This document shows, piece after piece, positions 1 to 10,639 of a DNA stretch of 53,342 nucleotides. The DNA is from Nemertoderma westbladi (taxonomy: Eukaryota > Animalia > Xenacoelomorpha), in NCBI GenBank assembly GCA_032718475.1, contig JAUCBJ010007385.1, positions 1-53,342 of the forward strand. The letters run 5' to 3'. Position 1 is the stretch's first letter; each line of letters opens with the position of its first letter. The translations under genes were made by a program, and so were the position numbers. The notes beneath the pieces are model-generated. The model ran no database searches, had not been told where the DNA came from, and saw only the letters and a list, made by a program, of their open reading frames with translations.

Positions 1-1946
1 ATACAGGAGGTTCTAGATAGATGGTAGATGCTAGAAGTAGATGCTAAGGCTCCTACAACCATAGAATTCTGGTATTCATGAGACTTACCTAACCAATCTA
101 GTTGTCTACAGATCTCCTGAATCTCATCGGAAAACTCTATAATCCCGCTGCTAAGAAACTTTCGGGGCGCCATTAATTTCGCATATAAATACCTAGCTAT
201 GTTAGTCCTATTACCATACCTGATGTTTAGTGTATCCCAAACTTGTCTTAATCCATCTGGATGTCCAATAAATTTTAACGCCATTGACTTGGGAGATCCT
301 TCCAAGCACTCGATGAGGAATCTAAGTTTCTCTCCATTAGATAGTACAGAGTTCTGTATGTTATCTTTGTAATATTCATTAAAAGGTAACCATTTCATCT
401 CATCTCCATTGAACTTGACGATCTCTCCCACCTTCACCGCTTGCCGGGCTTCGGTTCTAGCCATTTGACGCGTAAAACTTTCTTGGGCCATCGTGTTATT
501 TAATATCGAATTATCGGTATATAAATTTCTCGGATTATGATCAGTTCTATAGGGAATATCATTATCAACAGGTCTATAATTACCCTTAATAGGGTTCACT
601 ATAGGAGTTTCTACTTCGCTAGCAGTATAAATGCGTGTAGGTTCCACACCTTGCGCATGAGATACTTCAGACCTAACGGGTTGACACATTGTTACAGGGG
701 GTGGTGGTATACCCTTTTGTAAATTTACTAATTTATCGCGCTCTAGCGCGATATTTTGCTGCACTTCTTGCAACTCTAACTTACTTTCCCTCACTGTTCC
801 CTTTAAATGTTGGACAGTCCCTTCTAACTCTCGGACCTGTTGGGAGGAGCGTATCTGATTCTCCTTCATCTCTCCGAGGAGAATATCCATCCCCCGCCGT
901 CTCTCGTCTACCCAATCAACCGCCGAAACGGGATCCGCCAACGTCGTAGCGGGCAGACGAGGGACAACGGGCGACAAATTTGGAATATTTCGCTCGGGGT
1001 CCAGGACCTGAACTGTCTCCTGGGCAGTTCTACGGGGCACAGGTAGCTTAGTGCTATGCAGAGGGAATTTATAGGTAGCTTCATGGAGCACTGGTGTGTC
1101 TATCACCGTAGGGGTGATTTCAAGAACAGGCCTAATTATTTCAGGCTCATCTACTATAGTAGGGAGTCTTTCTATTTCAATTATTTGGTCTGTGGGTTCT
1201 GTACTACCTAAGTTGGTGTTATTTAGTTGTCTTCTAACAGCTGGAGGCAAATCAGGCAATTTCTGACGGTGGGATGTTCTTCTACGTCTGCCTAGACGAG
1301 ATCTATTTCCTTTGCCTTCAGTATCTGTTGTATCTCCTTCATCAGAGGATGTAAATCCCTGTCTCTTGGAAGTAGTCCGACTTATCAGCTGCATATCACT
1401 AGCCGTTATCTGTTTATTTAAGTAATCGTGCTTCTCTTGAAGATTCTCCAACTCTAGTTGGACCTTTTCTTCAGATGCCCTCCGTACTGCTTCTGCCACT
1501 GCCTCTGCTGTTTTTCTTTCGGCTTCTGCCGCTGCCACTGCTGCTGCCGCTTTCCTTTCCGCTTCGGCCTCTGCCACTGCCACTGCTGCCTTTCTTTCCG
1601 CTTCTGCCTCTGCCACTGCTGCTGCCACTGCCGCTGCCTTTCTATCTTCTATACGTTTTTTCTTTAATTGTTCTTCTTGGTCTCTAGCGATGCGGATTCT
1701 TTCATCAATTTTCGCTCTATTCGCTGCCAACATTTCCGCATCTATTGCGTCCAACACAAACTTGGCTCCTTCGCTATTAGGGTTAAGTCCCTCTAACCTT
1801 CTCCTCAACTCGTCATCACCTAAAAAACGTTGATAGTCTGACAGATAGATGTCAATGGCATCCCTCTTATGCGGTTTCTCTGCTGTCACTTCGCTCTCGG
1901 TTGTATCTAGTAGACTGTCTGACAGATTCTGCTTTGCGTCAGACAT
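1..1946 (-). CDS. BEL gag N-terminal region (partial, runs off window)
   Basis: Segments translated by hand match the 20389 and 22322 ORFs (DAIDIYLSDYQRFLGDDELRRRLEGL; DERRRGMD; KFNGDEMKWLPFNEYY). Not every codon was checked for stops. Confidence 0.75.
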   Translation of the reverse strand, partial: MSDAKQNLSDSLLDTTESEVTAEKPHKRDAIDIYLSDYQRFLGDDELRRRLEGLNPNSEGAKFVLDAIDAEMLAANRAKIDERIRIARDQEEQLKKKRIEDRKAAAVAAAVAEAEAERKAAVAVAEAEAERKAAAAVAAAEAERKTAEAVAEAVRRASEEKVQLELENLQEKHDYLNKQITASDMQLISRTTSKRQGFTSSDEGDTTDTEGKGNRSRLGRRRRTSHRQKLPDLPPAVRRQLNNTNLGSTEPTDQIIEIERLPTIVDEPEIIRPVLEITPTVIDTPVLHEATYKFPLHSTKLPVPRRTAQETVQVLDPERNIPNLSPVVPRLPATTLADPVSAVDWVDERRRGMDILLGEMKENQIRSSQQVRELEGTVQHLKGTVRESKLELQEVQQNIALERDKLVNLQKGIPPPPVTMCQPVRSEVSHAQGVEPTRIYTASEVETPIVNPIKGNYRPVDNDIPYRTDHNPRNLYTDNSILNNTMAQESFTRQMARTEARQAVKVGEIVKFNGDEMKWLPFNEYYKDNIQNSVLSNGEKLRFLIECLEGSPKSMALKFIGHPDGLRQVWDTLNIRYGNRTNIARYLYAKLMAPRKFLSSGIIEFSDEIQEICRQLDWLGKSHEYQNSMVVGALASTSSIYHLSRTSC

Positions 1947-2203
1947 GCTTATGTGTACAGTTGAATGTCTACTGCTGTATTACAGTCTGAGCAAGTCTAG
2001 TAACTCAGTATTAACTGCTAGCCTATTAATTAATTACCGGTACTGCTACTCAGTGTAGCATGATATATATAATATATTAGAATACCGGTATGCTTATAGT
2101 ATATATAACTATTATTACAGACTAGGTTTATCACAGAATACCGGTATAATTTTAGCACAAATATATATAAAAATATAATAGGCCTATCGGAATACCGGTA
2201 TAC

Positions 2204-3852
2204 TACTAGGATCGGCATGCTGCATTGCAGCTGCATTTTTAAGAATGCTGTGCCGGCTTGTCAACAAAATTGCACCGCCACAACTCCCTATCACCCATGA
2301 CATTTGCTAGATCATCCGCATCTTTAAGGCCAGTGTCCTTTATGATGCGTCTCAAGAAAGTCATGGGCTGTCCACCATGCTTATTCACTCCATGAGGCTG
2401 CCAAAGTACAAGATTATGCACTGGCTGGTCCTCACGGCGAAAGCAATGTCCTGCAAAGCGGAGGCGATTTTGTTCTAGTGTCAAGCTTGGGGGAACCAAT
2501 GAGACACCTCCAATGTTATATAGTGTCTGGTTGGAGATGTGTGCATTGTACTTGACACAATGTACCCGGCGTAGCATTCTTGTGAATGTGCCATCCAGAG
2601 ATTTGGTGTCCTCAGCAGTTAGAGCCCAGCATGGACTCCCGTAGAGGAGTACTGGAACTACTGCTGCTCTAAATAATCGGACCTTAAGTTTCCGATTAAT
2701 TCTAGGTGACTTCCAAATCCTGGAAAGCCTATTCAAGGCTGCCCATGCCTTTCCCTTACGTATTCGAAGGTCCTCACCTGACTTCCGGATCCATGATCCC
2801 AGGTAACAGAAGTCGTCCACATGCTCAAGCATACCATCCTTTGAGCTTATGCTCAACCGATCAGAGACTTGCTGAGGACTTTCAAAGTTAACTGTCAGAA
2901 TTTTGGTCTTTCTGGAGTTTATAAAAAGACCAACACTAGAAGCAGCATGTTCTAATGAGCTGAGGAGCCGCTGGGCTCCCTCTAATGATTCTGAGAGTAC
3001 TCCTAAGTCATCAGCAAAGTCTAGATCAGTTAGGTACTTGGCAGGATTTCCACGACTTCTGGAGCCAGTAGGTGGAGTTATCATCACCCCATCATCATTA
3101 TGATGATCTAAGGACATGCGTAGAACATAGTCAACCACAATAATGAACAAGAATGGTGCAAGTGTGTCTCCTTGGAGGACGCCCCATAACACTTCAAATG
3201 GTTCTGTGTCACCGTCAACAGTAGACACAAATGTTGTCGAACCATCGTATACTGATCTGATTGCTGCAATAATTTCATCAGGAATCCCATATAATGAAAG
3301 TATGCTGAACATACGTGAGCGAGAGACTGAATCAAAGGCCTTGAAGAAGTCAACAAAGATAACAGCCAGATGCCTGTCTTTCTTTTTTGATAACTCTTCA
3401 ATTATCCTTCTAAGTGCCAAGATGGGCTCCATGGTCCCACGACCTTTACGGAACCCATTCTGATTTCCACGTAGCAGTCTCTCAATGGGATCCCTGATGC
3501 GATTTAATAGAATTCTATTGTATAGTTTTGCAGCAATCGAGATCAATGAGATTCCCCGAAAAGAACCATAGAGTGTTAGGTTGCCCTTCTTGGGAACTGG
3601 CACCAACTTATTTGTTTTCATTTCTTGTGGGACTCTTGTTGTACGGTACATGTCTACTATGATGGGATAGATGAGCTTTAAACACTCAGGTATTTTAAAG
3701 ACCTCAGGGGGAACACCATCTACTCCACTGGCACGATTGGTCTTAATGCTCTTTGCAGCAGCCTTAACTTCTGCAAAGGAGATATCGCCAATGGGAATAT
3801 CTGGGAGTACAGACTCAGACACTTTTACTTCTATAAAGTTATCAGGCATTCT
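2204..3852 (-). mobile_element. 5'-truncated RTE-clade LINE with 12-bp TSD
   Basis: TSD ATACCGGTATAC at 2192-2203 and 3853-3864. The paralogous BEL leader (~20136-20146) has this site only once (empty site). Short (GTA)n tail. Confidence 0.92.
2239..3849 (-). CDS. RTE reverse transcriptase (no endonuclease domain; 5' truncated)
   Basis: 536 aa with FRGISL, QNGFRKGR, FVDFFKAFDSV, GVLQGDTLAPFLF, DLDFADDL, FCYLGS and the RTE-type C-terminus RLRFAGHCFR. Confidence 0.9.
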   Translation of the reverse strand: MPDNFIEVKVSESVLPDIPIGDISFAEVKAAAKSIKTNRASGVDGVPPEVFKIPECLKLIYPIIVDMYRTTRVPQEMKTNKLVPVPKKGNLTLYGSFRGISLISIAAKLYNRILLNRIRDPIERLLRGNQNGFRKGRGTMEPILALRRIIEELSKKKDRHLAVIFVDFFKAFDSVSRSRMFSILSLYGIPDEIIAAIRSVYDGSTTFVSTVDGDTEPFEVLWGVLQGDTLAPFLFIIVVDYVLRMSLDHHNDDGVMITPPTGSRSRGNPAKYLTDLDFADDLGVLSESLEGAQRLLSSLEHAASSVGLFINSRKTKILTVNFESPQQVSDRLSISSKDGMLEHVDDFCYLGSWIRKSGEDLRIRKGKAWAALNRLSRIWKSPRINRKLKVRLFRAAVVPVLLYGSPCWALTAEDTKSLDGTFTRMLRRVHCVKYNAHISNQTLYNIGGVSLVPPSLTLEQNRLRFAGHCFRREDQPVHNLVLWQPHGVNKHGGQPMTFLRRIIKDTGLKDADDLANVMGDRELWRCNFVDKPAQHS

Positions 3853-4959
3853 ATACCGGTATACAGCTTACAGTTTGTAGTATATATAATTCTGGAATAG
3901 AATTAATTACAAGTACCGGTATAATTTCAGCCTAGATTTATAGAAATAAGATAATAGGCCTATCGTAAATACCGGTATATCAATTATTTTGGAATAATTG
4001 AATTTCTGAACTTTAGGGTTACTTGGTTACTTTAACTTACTTTATTACCGTTATTTAAGCAGTAATCCAACTGATATTGAGACCTAATGGTTGTATGGTA
4101 GGCCTACTATTTATAAATCGTTAGATTTGATTTATAATATATATATACCCGTTTTAATGGGTTTTGTCAATGTTTGAAATAAATGTTATTATTTCTGGGG
4201 AGTAATCACTACACAAAGCGGTGCGCTTTCAGTGAAGTGTTACTTATAAGACACTAAAACAAATAATTCTAATTTACCTAAGTTACTTAATACTACAAAT
4301 TACGTACAATTCGGGTTGAGATTACAATCTCTAAATAAACACAAAATTTACAAAAAACACAAAATACGAATTTTTAGGGTAATTTTACAAGAAGTCTACA
4401 AACCAGCCTAACAAAGGGTTAGAAAACTGGTTATTACACGGACAGGGTACTACGGTATTTGAAATAATAAGTAGTAGTAAATACACTGCGTTGTCTAGAT
4501 AGGAAAATACCACCGCCTGACGACCTATAGCCGTATCGCTATAGGTTCTACGTTATGTATCACGGAGTGTTCCTACCTAGAAGTTAATAGAGCTAATCGA
4601 ATGTGCCTATCAACCACTTTACAACACAAATATAATGTCTACAATAATTACTTCGGAAAGTACTGTACACTAAACCCTAAATTAGGTACGAGTACTTGTA
4701 CAACAAATAATCAGTAGTTAAATATACTTGAACAGCTAAAAGAACCACGGCATCTGCTGGAGTGACCGATGCACAAAATCACCAGTCTTTACCTACGCCG
4801 AGCAGCCCGTGTAGTACCGGGGTTAATTTAACTATAGCGGTATGTATAACAAACACAATTACTGTAGGAACAAACTTGGGGAATGAATGTTGCGGATAAT
4901 CGCATAAACTCTGAATAATAAATATTACGCTACGCGTACAAACTACTCAAACAAAATAC

Positions 4960-5560
4960 AGACCGAACACTGACAGACTACTATCAAGCCTAAACAAACT
5001 ACGGTATATGCAGACTCCGAAATGATTAGGGAGTATGCGCTCTAACCCAGTAGTGCGACTTATTCTTTAGTTGGGGGTTTACCTTACAGCGTTCGCTGCC
5101 CCGACTGCCTAACCGTACTTAATCGGACAGATGATCTACACACGCGGCAATCCGTTCAGACCTAATAACAGCCAGACACCTATCCAGCCTACAAATTATC
5201 TAAATAAAATTATACGCTACCCGTACAGACTTACACAAACAAAGTACAGACTAAACGATGGCAGACTACTCTCAAGCCTAAATAAACTACAGGACATGCA
5301 GACTCCGAAATGATTAGGGAGTATGCGCTCTAACCCAGTAGTGCGACTTATTCTTTAGTTGGGGGTTTACCTCACTGCGTTCGCTGCCCCTACTTCCTAA
5401 TCGTACTTAATCGGACAGGTGATCTACACACACTGCAATCCGTTCGGACTTAACAGCAATCAGACAACAGCTCAGCCTACAAATCGTCTGTACAATCTGA
5501 TCAGGTTTACACGCCTTCTGTTCAATACTGGCCTACAAACAAATAAAACTGACAGAAATA
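4960..5560 (-). repeat. 288-bp tandem repeat (~2 units) in BEL leader
   Basis: AATGATTAGGGAGTATGCGC at 5021 and 5309; mirrored at 18481/18769 in the second copy. Confidence 0.85.
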
Positions 5561-5777
5561 AGTAAGCTCCAAAAGAAACAAGGGGTGTACAGTCCCTAAT
5601 CTCTTAACCAGCCTACCGGTATACAACAATCAAATCGAATAATACTAGTGTACTTATACGGCAGTACCGGTTCTAGCGGTTGGGCCTACTGACCTACAGG
5701 TGTACTGTTCAGGTTTACCGGTTGACCGGTACTTTCAACTTTATTGCTTACTGCAATAAAGAAGCTATATCCTTTAA

Positions 5778-7019
5778 TGTTCGCGCTTTCAGACTTTTGG
5801 CAGTTTAACCCACCAAATTAAGATGTCTTCTAGATATTAAATCGGTTTTTAGTCTATGACAAGTATTTGATTCACTACACTAGTCGAAACCAATCCGTGC
5901 GCGACCATTCACCCGCTGGATATTCCCGGGAGATTGGGTTCGACGGTTTAATTTTATTGCTATGTAAGCTTAATGTATTATTCGACTGACAGTATTATAT
6001 AATCTCTGACAATATTATTCACCTTCGGTAATATTAACAGTTCCTTTAGGACGTGGCGCTTTATCTACATAAACAGAGTTATGACTTAAACTACTCACAA
6101 CGATATGGCTTAATTATAATTCACATATATGGCGCATTCTTTAGGAATTGCTTCTTTAACAGACTCACTCATACACAATGCTGCACAATACTGCACACTA
6201 ATCTGCCAATCTTCACTGATTTTAATCACATATAAAAGGAACACAGACTGACTCATGTAGGGTCTATCAAATAACATTAGATTCACTTCAAACCACTTTA
6301 ACATAAGTCACAATCGTTTATCTGTAACCTTTCTCTCTTACCTTCGGTATATCAAGAATATTGGGTTTCGGGGTTATTTCTCGTTATTCCAAATATAATT
6401 ATTCATCAACCATATTATGAAGAACTGACAGTAAATAGCAGTATAAAACAACAACTGAACACTGATTGTTATGAGTTTGCAATGTTTCAGCAGTCAGGAT
6501 GTATGATCATCAGTCAGCAGTAGTCGTTAGGTAGTCCGCAGTTAAAGGATATATGCCCTTTATAATTAAACCTACTAGTGTAAGACTAAAAACAGTAAAG
6601 CACAAAATACTTCCAAGCCGTTCTTTCTTTGGCTCAGGACTGAATGTAAACACTGCACATAGGCATTGCGTCATTTCTCGGAAATTTTCTGTACAAGGAG
6701 CCACAAAAACGCTCTAATTGGCTGACTGAACTGAGAGACGCCGTAGAACAAAGGAAATCAACACGTATGAATGTCAGCTGTTAACCGTAGTCATAGTAAC
6801 TACTGTTCAAGAGTAGCTATCACCCCTTTGCGTCACGAATTGCCATAGAATCATAAAATATGCCTTTCACAGTACACATACGGAGGAAATAGGTCTTAGA
6901 TCCTCTAAAAACACCGATACAGCAATAATACGGTCTCTTACACTTATTAAATCAACTACAGAGTATTTTAATGTAAAAGATAATAAAAATAACGGGGCAA
7001 TTCAGCAAAGGCTTTTACA
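5778..7019 (-). repeat. LTR of first BEL copy (1242 bp)
   Basis: On the minus strand it starts TGTAAAAGC and ends GCGCGAACA, the same termini as the LTRs at 16882 and 31482. Confidence 0.9.
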
Positions 7020-7471
7020 ATAATAAAAATAAACCCGCCTCTACATCGATTAATTAACTCATACCAGGGGAGTGCACAGCCCTGAATATACAGTATCATT
7101 ATTATATATTCTATTGGTCTTTGATTAACGTACAGTACAGTAGGCACTATTTTATTGTGCATTAGATCTCTTTTAGCACTGCTAGTGTTTGTTCATGTAG
7201 GGCCTACTTATGGTTTTACCAGGAAGCTTTCGATTTCTAATACAGGTAGTAGCTATAGATTTTATACAAATTCAAAAATATAATATAGTTTCAAATAATA
7301 TTGTTGCAAAATTAATCTGTTTATAATAAATAGTCTAAAATACTGTTCCTGCGCAGTTGACCAATATAGTAAACGCTTTTACATTATTAATATTATTATA
7401 TTATATTAAAGCTTTTCGAAGTACATTTTGTCTGTAAGAAATTTATCTTTCGGCAATTTCTTTCCTTTTCA

Positions 7472-7856
7472 TCATTTCTTCGATCTTGCCCGTCCTTTCT
7501 TCCCCTGTAAATATCAATTCATATACTGTTACACTCACTTAATTACGTATATGTACTGTATATAGTAGACCTAAACCCACATTATATCCTATATTATATT
7601 TAGTCAAACAAACCTTCACTTTCTTTCCCTTTCCTCTACGACTTCTAGATCTGCTTCCTTTACCACGGCGACTCCTAGACCTGCTCTTCTTTCCCTTCTT
7701 ACTTCCCTTTCGTTTTTTACGTCTCCTTTTCTCCATTTCGTTCCGGCTGGTGGAACGATTACCACTCTCTGATAGGCTCCTACTTTTCCTTTCATCTAAG
7801 GCCCAACTCGGCAAACTATCCAGCCCTAAATCGCTATCTTCCTCTTGAACAGGCAT
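7472..7856 (-). CDS. Protamine-like basic protein, copy A (exons 7856-7614 and 7504-7472; 91 aa)
   Basis: Exon 1 (81 codons) MPVQEEDSDLGLDSLPSWALDERK...KKSRSRSRRGKGSRSRSRRGKGKKVK; phase-0 intron GTTTGT...TTACAG (109 nt); exon 2 GKKGRARSKK then TGA TGA. Confidence 0.72.
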
Positions 7857-7972
7857 GCTTTTTCAATGTATTTACCAAAAATTATGTACAGTATTTCCTA
7901 AAGAAAAAATGATATCAGAATTTATTTTGTAAATCATTTTTCTCCTAAATGACATAAGTTGATGTGTCGTTC

Positions 7973-8108
7973 TATTATATATCATAGTTTGAATTCCAGA
8001 ACTTAGTTTTGATTGGTTGATTTGAGCAATACTCTTCTGATTATCTGATTGGCTAAAATAAACTTGTATTTGGTAGGCGGTTTTGGTGGGAGGTTTACCC
8101 GTTAACGG
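7973..8108 (-). promoter_or_regulatory. Putative Pol II promoter of protamine-like copy A (TATA, two CCAAT boxes, CCGTTAACGG palindrome)
   Basis: Minus strand TATATAATA 7973-7981; CCAAT at 8012-8016 and 8048-8052; CCGTTAACGG 8099-8108. The same motifs recur upstream of copies B and C. Confidence 0.55.
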
Positions 8109-8169
8109 GATTCGGCATTACTATGTTATGGGTACCCACTTTTTGACCTTTTATTTGACCATGTTAATG

Positions 8170-8880
8170 GCTATTAACAGCCACGTCTCTTTCGAGACAA
8201 CTGGCGGAATGGGTGAAGCGGTTCGGTGTCCCCACGCGTTGCGCTTCTGACGGCGGCCCACAGTTCTCAGGAAAGGATTTCCTAAGCGTCTGGGGAGTCG
8301 AGCCTATCACATCCTCCCCAGTTTACCCACAGAGTAACGGCCTTGCGGAGTCCGCTGTCAAGGCGACTAAGGCGTTACTACTGTAACTAAGACAGGGGGG
8401 AAACTGGACTCATCGTCATTCCAGGAGGAACTCCTGGAACTTCGCAACTTCCCCTGCGCCCACGGAAAGTCGCCGGCTGACGACCCGCACGGAGCTCGAC
8501 CAGGCAGTGCCCTCGCTCCTAAAATCCCAGACAGCCACATACAATCGTGGCGCACGACCCCTACCCCCCTTAGCGGTAGGGGCACCTGTGCGGGTTCAAA
8601 ACCCCACATCGAAACGTTGGGACCGCACCGGGGTCATTGTGGAATCAAATCCCAACCGGAAGTACAGCGTTCGGACGCCTTCCGGTCGGTGCCTCACCCG
8701 CAACCGCCGCCACCTCATCCAGGGCACGGCCACTGGCATCAACGACGGCTCCAGCGCTGCCACGCCCCGTCCAACGCCACAGAAGGGCATGTTCACTGGG
8801 CTGACGAACAAGCCAGTGTGTCTCCCGATCGGCACGCCGTTCCTACCCACGCCGCCGAAGGCAACCGTCCAATGGACTAT
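8170..8880 (+). pseudogene. Ty3/Gypsy integrase C-terminal fragment, frameshifted
   Basis: Near-identical to 12292-12852; SDGGPQF, SSPVYPQSNGLAESAVK, RPLPPLAVG..VRVQ, RNRRHL. Confidence 0.82.
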
Positions 8881-8905
8881 GATAGTTTGTGTAGGGGTGG
8901 ATGGA

Positions 8906-9058
8906 CCGTTAACAGTATTGTAATTATTTTTTTAGAATTATTTGTGGGCGATTTGTGGGAATTATTTATTCCGTTAACAGTGTTGGGATTATTTGTGGGC
9001 AGTAATTCCGTTAACAGTATTGGAATTATTTGGGGGTGGTTATTCCGTTGACAGTATT
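8906..9058. repeat. Short degenerate repeat built on CCGTTAACAG
   Basis: Motif at 8906, 8971, 9008 and 9045 (last one CCGTTGACAG); spacing 65/37/37. Duplicated at ~12883-13035. Confidence 0.7.
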
Positions 9059-9428
9059 ACATTTCTGTTAAATACACAAGTCAATAATTATTAGCTATCG
9101 ACTCAGTAATTATCCGACCGAAGGAGATTTAAAGTTAAAGATATATTAAAAAATGTTATAAAAATATTCTAATAAAAATTAAAAAAAATAAAATAAAACC
9201 ATTCTTACGATACAAACAGTAAATAGAACAACAAACTCGTACGAAATTAAAATGACCGTGGACAGAATGAATATTTCATGTGATGCTGCGGAATTGAGTA
9301 GTTTTGTATTAATAATTAAATATAATGCAATGCTACAAACAGCAAATAAATATTTAGATCTGGTTACATAACTATCCAATAATATGTGGGCTCAATCTAT
9401 CTTATTTACTCGAGTCGGCTGTTAACAT

Positions 9429-10185
9429 TTACGAGTAGTATGCTTCGCACATGATCGATATAGCTCTATGAGCTCGACGGGAATAAGCCTTGTAAAAGTG
9501 GTCCCCACAGATCTTGGAGAGCCACAGATGGAAATCTTCCAGCTTCTCTCTTAGTAGAATGTACTTCGCTAAGACCTGGTAGGCGCGTGTGAATCCATTA
9601 CTGGCGAGACTACCTCCGAATACTTCTCCTATTCCAGGGATGTACTTTACACTCCGATTTCCCAACTCTCGAGCCAGAATCCGTCGATGTTTCTTCGTCT
9701 TCAGGATCTTCCCTATCTTCTTTCCGTTTCCACTTCTTCTCGCGTTTCCTCGACTTCCCTTACCCTGAAAGAATTGTATTGAGCATTTTGTAAAATGATT
9801 TTACGATGTTTAATAAGAACCGAGTCACGAAAGTAAACTAAAAAAAGTAAAGTTATCTTTGTACATTATTTCAGGGAATACGCACAAAGAATCACTTATT
9901 TCCAGTGCGATTCCCCCAGAACTACTGTATTCTGCCTAGAAGAAACTTACTCTTTTAGCGATCGTTTAAGGATGCAAGGCGCATAGATGAAACCGGGTTA
10001 ACTTGAACCCACGGTAGCCAGATATGTTAATTATAGGTAATGGGCTAAACGACAAGGATATCACAGAGAAATATATCCCAACATAAATTATATTGTATTA
10101 AAATAAATAAACAAACCTTCCCTTTCATCCCATTCCATCTACGACTCCTTGACCTGCTTCTATTCCCTTTCTTCTTCGCAGCCAT
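9429..10185 (-). CDS. BANF1-like: BAF-domain protein with protamine-like basic N-terminus, copy 1 (exons 10185-10117 and 9764-9429; 134 aa)
   Basis: Exon 1 MAAKKKGNRSRSRSRRWNGMKGK; phase-0 intron GTTTGT...TTTCAG (352 nt); exon 2 GKGSRGNARRSGNGKKIGKILKTKKHRRILARELGNRSVKYIPGIGEVFGGSLASNGFTRAYQVLAKYILLREKLEDFHLWLSKICG...CEAYYS. Aligns without gaps over ~63 aa to recalled human BAF ([63 protein letters not shown]). Confidence 0.88.
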
Positions 10186-10299
10186 TTAGTCCCAACACGG
10201 ATACAGTACCTGTTATTATTATCTATCCTAATTAATTTAAATTCTGTTACAGATTTAATAGAGCGATTCGTGTATGACAACTTTTTTCAATGTTTGTTA

Positions 10300-10407
10300 T
10301 TTATATATGAAGACTAAATTCTAGAATTAGTTAACCCACCGATTAAATTATATTATAGGTGGTTGATTGGATGTAATAAACCAACGGCGTATTAATTCTG
10401 TTAACGG
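10300..10407 (-). promoter_or_regulatory. Putative promoter of BAF-like copy 1
   Basis: Minus strand TATATAAA 10300-10307, TTCTAGAA ~10319, CCAAT 10366-10370, CCGTTAACAG 10398-10407. Confidence 0.5.
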
Positions 10408-10639
10408 TATTCAGAATCCCCCCCCCCCCCCTGGACATTACATTGTACTCATTCTATTGTCTTAATTTGGAACAAGTCTCCACCACCCACAACCTACGTA
10501 GGTATGGGAGGCCCACTAAATTATTATACTGTACCTACAAATCCTAATCGCTTGAAATTTTAATCATAAACAGTTGGGTCCTAATATTTATTAGCATGGT
10601 AATACTTATTTATATTAGCTTAAACAGGGTGTTATATAT

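Larger units (their letters stand above)
1..7019 (-). mobile_element. BEL/Pao LTR retrotransposon, partial copy (5' LTR, long leader, gag 5' part; runs off the window)
   Basis: Reverse complement matches 16882-23150 colinearly: LTR, 288-bp leader repeats, ACCGGT-rich repeats and gag. Gag ATG at 1946 (MSDAKQNLSDSLL). Interrupted by an RTE at 2204-3852. Confidence 0.93.

Noticed and set aside
1458-1687. Cys-rich and Leu/Pro-rich ORFs (also 21369-21794) resembling metallothionein or keratin-associated proteins
   Set aside because: Antisense readings of the Ala-rich GCA/GCG repeat in BEL gag.
6053-6304. 60-64 aa ORFs recurring three times (also 17579-17830 and 32164-32415)
   Set aside because: They recur only because they sit in the LTRs; no recognisable domain.
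7539-7613. C-terminus VCLTKYNIGYNVGLGLLYTVHIRN of the 105-aa ORFs (also 15772-15846)
   Set aside because: Read-through into a GT-AG intron; the basic sequence resumes in frame in exon 2.
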